Below are positions 56,408 through 64,000 of a DNA stretch of 64,000 nucleotides, piece by piece. Origin of the DNA: a candidate division WOR-3 bacterium (lineage in GTDB: Bacteria; Hydrothermota; Tepidihabitantia; Tepidihabitantales; Tepidihabitantaceae). The stretch spans positions 32,001-96,000 of the forward strand of contig CBFGJX010000005.1 in assembly GCA_965649225.1 (NCBI GenBank), given 5' to 3'. Positions within the stretch are counted from its first letter, which is position 1, and each line of letters starts with the position of its first letter. Position numbers and translations under genes: made by a program. Below the pieces are notes generated by a model that saw only the letters and a list, made by a program, of their open reading frames with translations, made no database searches and was not told the DNA's origin.

Positions 56408-57672
56408 AGGTTCTGGTCGTCGGTTCTGGTGGTCGAGAACACGCGATTGTCTGGCATCTGTCGCGGCACAACCATCGGGTTTTCGCTGCGCCGGGCAACG
56501 CCGGTATCGCCCGTGTCGCGACGTGCTTTGATATTCCAGTTCATGATATTGCGAATCTGGCACGGTTGGCGGAGTCGGAGCGCGTTGACCTGACGATTGT
56601 CGGACCTGAGGCGCCGCTGGTAGCCGGATTGGCTGACGAGTTTCGCCGACGCGGGCTGCTGGTTTTCGGACCAGACGCGGCGGGAGCACGGATCGAGGGC
56701 GACAAGGCCTATGCCAAACGGCTGATGCACGAGCTGTCGATTCCGACGCCCCGCTTCGCTGTGTTTCGTGATTTTCATGCTGCCTATCTGAATCTCGTTG
56801 ATCGTCGATTTCCAGTCGTGGTGAAGGCCGCCGGGCTCGCGGCCGGCAAGGGTGTGTTTGTCTGTCATGATGAAGCCGAGGCCGCAGCGGTGTTGCAGGG
56901 AATGTTGTCGGGGGAGAGGTTCGGAACGGCCGGACAGACAGTTGTCATTGAAGATTATCTTGAGGGTGAGGAGCTTTCGCTGGTCGCGTTGTGCGACGGA
57001 CGCGACTGGCGATTGTTGCCGCCGGCGCAGGACCACAAACGACTGCGGGACGGCGATGCCGGGCCAAATACCGGTGGTATGGGTGCTTATGCTCCGGCAC
57101 CGGCGGCAACGGTTGAGGTCTGTCAGCAGGTCGCCGATCGGGTGTTCGATCCGCTCGTTGCCGGATTGCGGCAGCGGGGGGTGAAGTACACCGGTGCAAT
57201 CTATGCCGGACTGATGCTGACGGCCGACGGGCCGTATGTTTTGGAGTTCAACTGCCGTTTCGGAGACCCGGAAACTCAGGCGGTAATGCCTTTGCTGCAA
57301 GACGACCTGGCCGAGCTGGCACTGGCCTGCATCGATGGGGCACTGGGGTCGTGCGATCCGTTGCCCGCTCGACGGCACGCGGTCTGTGTTGTTGCTGCGG
57401 CACCGGGGTATCCCGATCGTCCCGAAACAGGAGTAGTGATTGATAGTGAGCCACCGACCGACGACAATCTGCTTGTTTTTCATGCCGGAACGAAGATCCG
57501 TGACGGGCAGCTGGTTACTGCCGGCGGTCGCGTGTTCGGCATAACCGGGCTGGGTGACAGTTTTTCTGAAGCCCGGATGCGTGCCTATAGCGGGATGAGC
57601 AAAGTGAGTTTCCCTGGTGTTCAGTACCGTCGTGATATCGGCTACCGGCTGTTGCAATCTGGTCACAATTGA
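56404..57672 (+). CDS. purD: Phosphoribosylamine-glycine ligase
   Basis: [56 protein letters not shown]. Confidence 0.97.
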   Translation: MKVLVVGSGGREHAIVWHLSRHNHRVFAAPGNAGIARVATCFDIPVHDIANLARLAESERVDLTIVGPEAPLVAGLADEFRRRGLLVFGPDAAGARIEGDKAYAKRLMHELSIPTPRFAVFRDFHAAYLNLVDRRFPVVVKAAGLAAGKGVFVCHDEAEAAAVLQGMLSGERFGTAGQTVVIEDYLEGEELSLVALCDGRDWRLLPPAQDHKRLRDGDAGPNTGGMGAYAPAPAATVEVCQQVADRVFDPLVAGLRQRGVKYTGAIYAGLMLTADGPYVLEFNCRFGDPETQAVMPLLQDDLAELALACIDGALGSCDPLPARRHAVCVVAAAPGYPDRPETGVVIDSEPPTDDNLLVFHAGTKIRDGQLVTAGGRVFGITGLGDSFSEARMRAYSGMSKVSFPGVQYRRDIGYRLLQSGHN

Positions 57673-57772
57673 CAGCGCGTCGAGCTCGGTAATACTTGAC
57701 GCGGTAGCGTTGCGTCGGTTCTGGGCGTGACGCGTTTGTCGCCATCAAAATTAGCAGTCACGGAGGAGCATC

Positions 57773-58924
57773 TTGGAGTATTTTCTGACCGAGACACAGA
57801 AGGAAATCAGAGACCTTGCTCGTCGTTTTGCCCAGGAGAAAATGAAACCGGTGCGGCAGGAACTCGATCAAAAGGGAGAGTTTCCTTTCGAAATAATGAG
57901 AGGTCTCGCCGAGTTGGGATTGATGGGAGTTTACATCCCCGAGGAATACGGCGGCCTTGGCGGCGGCATCATGGAGATGTGTCTTGTTGTCGAGGAATTG
58001 TGTCGTGTTGATGGGGCTGCCGGCTTGTGTTATGCCGCCTGTGGCCTGGGGACTTTCCCAATAATGCTGGGCGGTACTGAGGAACAGAAGAAGAAGTGGC
58101 TGCCAAGGCTGGCGGCTGGCGAGATCGCCGCTTTTGCAATTACTGAGGCAAGTGCCGGTTCTGATGCCTCCAATGTCAAAACGCGCGCAGTTCGCGATGG
58201 CGATTACTATGTCCTGAATGGCACCAAACAGTTCATAACGAATGGCTCGGTGGCGAAGATCTACTCGGTAGTCGCCGCGACCAATCCGGCAAAGGGCGCG
58301 CGGGGTTTGTCTGCATTCATCATTGAAGACGGCACGCCCGGTTTCACCTATGGCAAAATCGAAGACAAAATGGGCATCCGGTGCTCCAAGACTTCCGAAC
58401 TGGTCTTTCAGGATTGCCGGGTGCCGGCGGAGAACCTGATTGGGGGCAAGGAAGGCTTCGGGTTCATTCATACGATGAAGACATTTGACCGCACTCGGCC
58501 GGGAGTTGCTGCCCAGGCGTTGGGTATTGCGGCCGGCGCACTGGATGAGGCACTGGAGTACGCCAAGACCCGGGTCCAGTTCGATCAGCCGATCTCCAGC
58601 TTTCAGGCAGTACAGTTGATGCTTGCCGATATGGCAATTGCAGTTGAGTCTTCTCGAGCGCTGGTGTATCAGGCTGCCCGTGCGGCCGACTCCGGCATGA
58701 AAAACATCTCGGCGATCGCCTCAATGGCCAAGGTTCTTGCTTCTGACACGGCGATGAAGGTGACCACCGACGCCGTGCAGATTTTTGGTGGCTATGGATA
58801 CATGCGAGACTACCCGGTTGAAAAGATGATGCGCGATGCGAAGATTACGCAGATTTACGAGGGGACAAACCAGATTCAGCGCCTCGTTATTGCCTCTGAA
58901 ATGATCAAGGGCACTGCCTGGTAA
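57773..58924 (+). CDS. Acyl-CoA dehydrogenase
   Basis: AFAITEASAGSD, LNGTKQFITN, KMGIR, RVQFDQPI, QIFGGYGYMRDYPVEKMMRDAKITQIYEGTNQIQR. Confidence 0.95.
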   Translation: MEYFLTETQKEIRDLARRFAQEKMKPVRQELDQKGEFPFEIMRGLAELGLMGVYIPEEYGGLGGGIMEMCLVVEELCRVDGAAGLCYAACGLGTFPIMLGGTEEQKKKWLPRLAAGEIAAFAITEASAGSDASNVKTRAVRDGDYYVLNGTKQFITNGSVAKIYSVVAATNPAKGARGLSAFIIEDGTPGFTYGKIEDKMGIRCSKTSELVFQDCRVPAENLIGGKEGFGFIHTMKTFDRTRPGVAAQALGIAAGALDEALEYAKTRVQFDQPISSFQAVQLMLADMAIAVESSRALVYQAARAADSGMKNISAIASMAKVLASDTAMKVTTDAVQIFGGYGYMRDYPVEKMMRDAKITQIYEGTNQIQRLVIASEMIKGTAW

Positions 58925-58949
58925 TCGGGCCGCAGATACGGGGGTAGCA

Positions 58950-60398
58950 TTGGAGTCATCGGTCGCCACCGCCAACGCCAAGACAGGAACCGGTCGGTCG
59001 CAGGATCGGTATGATGTAACGGTCATCGGTGCTGGTCCCGGCGGTTATGTCTGTGCGATCCGGCTGGCACAGCTTGGTCGGCAGGTGCTGCTGGTTGAAC
59101 GGGAGCGGCCGGGCGGCGTCTGTCTGAACTGGGGTTGCATTCCTGTCAAAGCCCTGCTGCACGCCGCCTCGACAGTGCGTCACGCGGTTGAAATGAGGGC
59201 AGCCGGGATTGTCTACCAACCGCCAGCGATCGATCTCCTTACTCTTTACTCCTGGAAAGGTCGCATCGTTGACCGGCTGGTACGAGGGATTGAGTTTCTG
59301 CTGCGCAATAACGGTGTCGAATACGTCAAGGGCAGTGCTTTCCTGTCCGGACACCAGCAGGTTGGCATCCGACTGGACGATGGTGGCACAAGAACCGTTG
59401 AGTCGGGGGTGGTTGTAATTGCAACTGGGTCAAAACCGGTTGTCATCCCGGGGTTGGAGCCGGATGGGCAGCGGATAATCGATTCGAACGGCGCCCTGAA
59501 TTTGTTTGAGCTTCCGGCACGACTGGCGATAGTCGGAGCCGGGGTTGTCGGGCTCGAATTTGCAACGATATTCAGCCGGTTGGGTGTGAACGTGACCGTC
59601 CTTGACCTGATGCCACAGGTCTTGCCGGGTACCGATTCTGAGATTGCAGCGCAGATTCAGAAACTGATGCAGCGGGAAGGGATTGAGTTCAGACTTGGTG
59701 TCCGGCTGCTTGGTACCGAGGCTGACGGAGTCATAAGACTGCGCTATACTGGCCCGGCTGGCGAGCAGGTACTGGAGGCCGACAAGGTTCTGGTGGCAGC
59801 CGGGCGGGTTCCACTTTCGGCCGAGCTTGGGCTTGGAACGACCGGAGTCAAGACCGACGCTCGCGGGTACATCGTGACAAACTCACGCCTGCAGGCGTAT
59901 GGCCGTTCGGTCTATGCTATCGGGGACGTCCGGGGTGGGCAGTTGCTGGCACATAAGGCCATGGCAGAGGGCATTGCGGCAGCCGAGATTATCGCTGGCC
60001 GCCGGTCGATGAGAAGATTCAGGGCGGTTCCGGCGGTTGTTTACACTGACCCGGAAATCGCCACAGTCGGAATTACCGAGGCTGAAGCTCGGGCGCAGAA
60101 TCTGGACGTCCGCGTCGGTCGGATACCGTTGACAGCGGTCGGCCGGTCACTGACGCTATCCAGAAGCGAAGGGTTGATGAAGCTGATTGTGGATTCCGCG
60201 ACCGACCGTTTGCTGGGCATGCAGGTAATCGGGCCGCAATCGGACATGCTGGTGGCCGAGGCAACGCTGGCCATCGAGCTTGGGCTCAAGGCAGCCGACA
60301 TCGGCCGGGTCATGCATCCTCATCCGACGATGAGTGAACTCTTGTTTGAAGCGGCCGAGGCCATACACGGCAGAGCAGTACATGTGGTAAATCGATGA
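58950..60398 (+). CDS. lpdA: Dihydrolipoyl dehydrogenase
   Basis: GAGPGGYV.AIRLAQLG, GGVCLNWGCIP, LLAHKA, HPHPTMSE. Confidence 0.94.
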   Translation: MESSVATANAKTGTGRSQDRYDVTVIGAGPGGYVCAIRLAQLGRQVLLVERERPGGVCLNWGCIPVKALLHAASTVRHAVEMRAAGIVYQPPAIDLLTLYSWKGRIVDRLVRGIEFLLRNNGVEYVKGSAFLSGHQQVGIRLDDGGTRTVESGVVVIATGSKPVVIPGLEPDGQRIIDSNGALNLFELPARLAIVGAGVVGLEFATIFSRLGVNVTVLDLMPQVLPGTDSEIAAQIQKLMQREGIEFRLGVRLLGTEADGVIRLRYTGPAGEQVLEADKVLVAAGRVPLSAELGLGTTGVKTDARGYIVTNSRLQAYGRSVYAIGDVRGGQLLAHKAMAEGIAAAEIIAGRRSMRRFRAVPAVVYTDPEIATVGITEAEARAQNLDVRVGRIPLTAVGRSLTLSRSEGLMKLIVDSATDRLLGMQVIGPQSDMLVAEATLAIELGLKAADIGRVMHPHPTMSELLFEAAEAIHGRAVHVVNR

Positions 60399-60444
60399 GC
60401 ATCGAGCTACGGTCAGTCGTGCCTGGTTTGTTGGTCGTCGGCAA

Positions 60445-61155
60445 GTGAGCAAGCTTGCGCTATGCATTGATCTTGGGCAGGCAGCCTACCAAGAGGTACT
60501 GGAACTGCAGCGGATTCTTGTCCGGCAGCGCCAGAATCAAGAGATTCCGGATTGTCTCATACTGGTTGAGCATCCGCCGACAATTACCTTCGGACGTTCG
60601 GCGCGGACTACAAATCTGCTGGCAAGTGAAGATGAGCTGAACCGATTGGGTGTGGAGATGCTTCATGTTGAACGGGGCGGGGATGTTACATTTCATGGCC
60701 CAGGACAACTAGTTGGATATCCGATCTTCCAGCTTGCAGAGGAGTTCGTCGGTGTCAGGCGGTTTGTGAACGGTCTTGAAGGCGCCCTGGTGACGGCGCT
60801 GGGGCGGCTGCGCATCAGTGCCGGGACTGTACCGGGGGCAGTTGGAGTGTGGGTCGGGCAGCGCAAGATAGCCTCAATCGGCATTGCCGTTGCCCGGCGC
60901 GTGGTTTTTCACGGCTTCGCGCTCAATGTGACTGTTGATCTGTCCTGGTTTCGACTCATCAAGCCGTGTGGATTTGAGGCCGCGGTCATGACTTCCATTG
61001 AGAGAGAAGGCGGCGAGACTGACCCCGGTCTGGTCAGGTCGGCCGTGAAGCAGGCGCTGACCGAACGTTTTGGGCTGAGTTTTCAGTCAAATTTGCCGCG
61101 GAGTCTGACCTGCCTGACCAGCGGCCTGATCCGCTCGGCCATCGATTCGGCCTGA
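60445..61155 (+). CDS. lipB: Lipoyl(octanoyl) transferase
   Basis: VEHPPTITFGR, RGGDVTFHGPGQLVGYP, KIASIG, HGFALNV, PCG. Confidence 0.93.
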   Translation: MSKLALCIDLGQAAYQEVLELQRILVRQRQNQEIPDCLILVEHPPTITFGRSARTTNLLASEDELNRLGVEMLHVERGGDVTFHGPGQLVGYPIFQLAEEFVGVRRFVNGLEGALVTALGRLRISAGTVPGAVGVWVGQRKIASIGIAVARRVVFHGFALNVTVDLSWFRLIKPCGFEAAVMTSIEREGGETDPGLVRSAVKQALTERFGLSFQSNLPRSLTCLTSGLIRSAIDSA

Positions 61156-61787
61156 GCCCGGGTATAGGGTTTCAGGTTTCTGTAGTGCACGGACCGCGCA
61201 TGCTCGGGCACATATGGCTGCAGGTACACCGCCGGTGCGCCGGCGATGGAGTGTCCGATCTCGATCATGTCGGCTTCTTCAATAATACCGGGAACCAGTG
61301 TTGTTCGAAATTCGTGCGGAATTCTTGACTCCAGCAGCGTTCGGATTGCCCGCCGGATCACAGCAAGATCGACCGGTACGCCGCAGGCGACCGAGTACTT
61401 GTCATTCAGCGGCGCCTTGATATCCATGGCGACGTAGTCAACGAGCTGGTTCGCCAGCAGCTGTTCAAGACGGTACGGAAATGTGCCATTGGTGTCGAGC
61501 TTCAACTTGAAGCCGAGAGACTTAAGCTGCTGGCAGAGTTGTGGCAATTCAGGGTGCATCAGTGGTTCACCGCCGGTGATCACGATTCCGGACAGCCAGT
61601 GGTGGAGCTTCTCGATTCTTTGGATTAGCGTGTGGATGTCCAGCGTGGGGAGGCCTGGGTCGTCGTCGGCTACGCGATGATTGTGACAGAAAGGGCACAG
61701 CAGGTTGCAGCCAGCGACAAATACGACCGCGCTGACGCGGTCGTCCCAATCAACCAGCGAAAACTCTTCAATCCCGACCAGTCGCAT
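61083..61787 (-). CDS. Radical SAM anaerobic ribonucleotide reductase activating protein (NrdG2-like)
   Basis: SLVDW..SAVVF..GCNLLCPFCHN, ITGGEP, KLDTNG, YVAMDIK, EFRTT. Confidence 0.85.
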   Translation of the reverse strand: MRLVGIEEFSLVDWDDRVSAVVFVAGCNLLCPFCHNHRVADDDPGLPTLDIHTLIQRIEKLHHWLSGIVITGGEPLMHPELPQLCQQLKSLGFKLKLDTNGTFPYRLEQLLANQLVDYVAMDIKAPLNDKYSVACGVPVDLAVIRRAIRTLLESRIPHEFRTTLVPGIIEEADMIEIGHSIAGAPAVYLQPYVPEHARSVHYRNLKPYTRAQAESMAERIRPLVRQVRLRGKFD

Positions 61788-61928
61788 TGGCCAGAATGTT
61801 AAGCCAGAGAAAGACAACAGGGGTCGGTAGTGTTCGGTTCAATCGAACGCATGATAGGACAATCGGCCGATGGGTCAAGTCGCATGGTGCTGGTTGATTT
61901 CGTGATTGCGGCATGACCGATTCAATAC

Positions 61929-61957
61929 TTGACAAGGCGTGCAAAATGTCTATAAGT
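61929..61957 (+). promoter_or_regulatory. Putative promoter of the alpha operon
   Basis: TTGACA-16-TATAAGT in an AT-rich stretch upstream of rpsM. Confidence 0.6.
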
Positions 61958-62023
61958 TACCACTTAGGCAAACTGGCAGTAAGGACAAAATTATATTGCT
62001 AAAGGCCGTAACCAGGAGGATTA

Positions 62024-62428
62024 GTGGCTCGTATCGCGGGTGTTGACCTGCCCGACAATAAGAAAGTTCTCTATGCACTGCCGCATATATACGGCATTGG
62101 AGCGCATTCTGCTCGCAGGATTCTTACGGCCGTGAAAATCGATCCTTCGCGCCGAGTGAAGGACTTGAGCGACGATGAAATTGCTGCGATTCGTAAAGAA
62201 ATTGAAGAGAACTACAAGGTTGAGGGTGAGTTGCGCGCCGAGGTGGCGAGTAATATCAAACACTACATCGAGATAAACTCGTACCGCGGCATGCGTCACC
62301 GATCGCGCTTGCCGGTCCGAGGGCAGCGGACACGGACCAACGCCCGAACCCGCAAGGGGCCGCGTAAGACGTCGGGCGTGTTGAAGGTAAAAGCCAGTGC
62401 TGCACCGACAACAGGAGCGTCGAAGTAA
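62024..62428 (+). CDS. rpsM: 30S ribosomal protein S13
   Basis: [36 protein letters not shown]. Confidence 0.98.
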   Translation: MARIAGVDLPDNKKVLYALPHIYGIGAHSARRILTAVKIDPSRRVKDLSDDEIAAIRKEIEENYKVEGELRAEVASNIKHYIEINSYRGMRHRSRLPVRGQRTRTNARTRKGPRKTSGVLKVKASAAPTTGASK

Positions 62429-62802
62429 TGTTACGAAAATCCACGCGCAAGAAAGCACCAGCGCAGTGCATCGCCCACATTGTAACCTCCTTCAACAACA
62501 CTATCGTGACGATTACCGATCCCGGTGGCGCCGTTATAGCGTGGTCATCGGCCGGCCGAGTTGGTTTCAAAGGATCAAAGAAAGGCACGCCCTTTGCAGC
62601 TGGCCAGGCGGCCGAGGCGGCAGCAAAGGAAGCAAGCGCCCTTGGCGCGCGTAAGCTGGAAGTTCTGGTCAGCGGTCCCGGCCCAGGTCGGGAGGCGGCG
62701 ATCAGATCTCTGCAGAATGCCGGGCTTGATATCATTTCGCTGCGGGATGTCACGCCAATACCACACAATGGCTGCCGTCCGCCGAAGCAGCGGCGAGTCT
62801 AG
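62428..62802 (+). CDS. rpsK: 30S ribosomal protein S11
   Basis: [42 protein letters not shown]. Confidence 0.98.
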   Translation: MLRKSTRKKAPAQCIAHIVTSFNNTIVTITDPGGAVIAWSSAGRVGFKGSKKGTPFAAGQAAEAAAKEASALGARKLEVLVSGPGPGREAAIRSLQNAGLDIISLRDVTPIPHNGCRPPKQRRV

Positions 62803-62835
62803 TGATGATGGCAATGGTTCACAACAGGATATCAG

Positions 62836-63453
62836 ATGGCAAGAGCAATTGAACCCAAGTGCAAGCGTTGCCGCAAGGCAAAGGAGAAGTTGTTTCTCCG
62901 CGGTGATAAGTGTCTGTCGGACAAATGCGTGTTGATGAGACGGGGCGAGGATACCGAAAAAACGGTCCGTCGTCGCCGCAGTCCGTCCCCGTATGCGGTC
63001 CAATTGCGGGAAAAGCAGATGTTGAAGCGGGTTTACGGAGTGCTGGAGACGCAGTTCCACAACTATTTCGAAAAGGCGGCGAAGACCCGCAATACCGCTG
63101 CCAGCCTGATAATTGCGCTGGAACGGCGGCTTGACAATGTTGTGTTTCGGCTCGGACTGGCAACATCGCGTTCCCAGGCGAGGCAGTTTGTGCGTCATGG
63201 GCACATTACCGTCGATGGCCGGAGGATTACGATTCCGTCCTATCCTGTTAAGGCCGGGCAGGTGATCAGTGTCAGGGGGGAAAGCGCCAAGATGATCACG
63301 CCGTTGACAACTGGGCGCGAGCCGGCCATCAAGAGCTGGTTGAGCATGAACACGCAGACACTCACCGGGACAGTAGTCCGTCTGCCTGGCGTAGAGGATG
63401 TGAAAGACATTCCCTGTAACACGCAGTTGATCGTGGAGCTGTATTCGAAATGA
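62836..63453 (+). CDS. rpsD: 30S ribosomal protein S4 (Cys-containing form)
   Basis: CKRCR..C...[40 protein letters not shown]. Confidence 0.98.
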   Translation: MARAIEPKCKRCRKAKEKLFLRGDKCLSDKCVLMRRGEDTEKTVRRRRSPSPYAVQLREKQMLKRVYGVLETQFHNYFEKAAKTRNTAASLIIALERRLDNVVFRLGLATSRSQARQFVRHGHITVDGRRITIPSYPVKAGQVISVRGESAKMITPLTTGREPAIKSWLSMNTQTLTGTVVRLPGVEDVKDIPCNTQLIVELYSK

Positions 63454-64000
63454 AGCTCAAGCCATTTGTCATTCCCGAGCGATTCGAGGTTGATGCCGAT
63501 ACGGCGTCTGACACCTACAGCCGGTTTGCGGTCGCCCCGCTTGAGAAGGGATGGGGCCAGACCATTGGCAATTCTCTGCGCCGGGCGCTGCTCTCTTCGG
63601 TGCAGGGGGCGGCTGTTACCGAACTGCGGATTGAGGGTGTCGCGCATGAATTTACGACAATCGATGACGTCGTCGAGGATGTGTCAGAGATTGTCCTCAA
63701 CCTCAAGAAGCTGCGATTGCGTCTTTGGTCGGAGACGCCCAAGCTTTGCCATCTGCATGCGAGCGGTAAACGTGAGTTCGCTGGTCGCGACCTGACCGTG
63801 CCACCGGAGGTTGTAATCGCCAATCCCGATCAGCCGATACTGACAATCTCTGACAGCCGGCGCTCGGTGAATCTCGAGATGCTGGTCGAGAACGGTCGTG
63901 GTTATGTCAGAGCCGAACGGCTGAAGAAGAATCGAAATGCCCCCGAAGGCACCATCTTCCTTGACGCATTCTTCTCGCCGGTCAAGCGTGTCAACTACTG
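63450..64000 (+). CDS. rpoA: RNA polymerase alpha subunit (5' part; runs off window end)
   Basis: Manual translation from ATG 63450: MKLKPFVIP...[62 protein letters not shown]. Not in the ORF track. Confidence 0.97.
   Translation, partial: MKLKPFVIPERFEVDADTASDTYSRFAVAPLEKGWGQTIGNSLRRALLSSVQGAAVTELRIEGVAHEFTTIDDVVEDVSEIVLNLKKLRLRLWSETPKLCHLHASGKREFAGRDLTVPPEVVIANPDQPILTISDSRRSVNLEMLVENGRGYVRAERLKKNRNAPEGTIFLDAFFSPVKRVNY

Noticed and set aside
61837..61848. GTTC-N4-GAAC palindrome upstream of the activase gene as an SOS box
   Set aside because: Only a 4-bp arm, and it does not match the palindrome at the lexA promoter.
61986..62002. Possible NrdR box (caaaattatattgcta)
   Set aside because: A single weak match inside the rpsM leader; NrdR boxes are usually tandem.
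1..64000. CRISPR arrays, tRNA/rRNA genes, IS elements, integrases, intact prophage
   Set aside because: No regularly spaced nucleotide repeats, cloverleaf/rRNA signatures or transposase/integrase motifs were recognised by eye. The repeats seen are protein-level (propellers, TPR, 55835 gene).

Overview
GC-rich bacterial chromosomal window, mostly housekeeping genes: gmk (partial), yicC, dtd, degP, folD-ispA-dxs, holB, envC-ftsX-ftsE, ugd/uxs, mutS, lapAB, miaB, pdp, fabG, glyS, purD, lpdA-lipB and rpsM-rpsK-rpsD-rpoA (partial). A SprA/Sov-like outer-membrane translocon gene, three proteins with T9SS-type C-terminal sorting domains (a C25 gingipain-like protease and two double beta-propeller proteins) and an etfB-etfA-hdrA-mvhD operon suggest an anaerobic diderm near the FCB group, possibly WOR-3 (inference). 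Main points of interest: (1) an accessory block at 30-38.5 kb with a TPR-GAF-AAA+ regulator carrying a degenerate GAFTGA loop, the secreted C25 protease, a paralogous TPR-GAF protein with no output domain, and a 128-aa ORF resembling the SIRV2/Adnaviria archaeal-virus capsid protein; (2) a lexA-small gene-dinB cassette with a perfect palindrome over the lexA promoter and start; (3) recurrent TTGACN-16-TANNNT promoters 6-8 nt upstream of start codons, implying leaderless mRNAs; (4) unidentified structured leaders upstream of folD and the propeller genes. No tRNA, rRNA, CRISPR array or transposase was recognised. All calls rest on motif recognition by eye; no searches were run.
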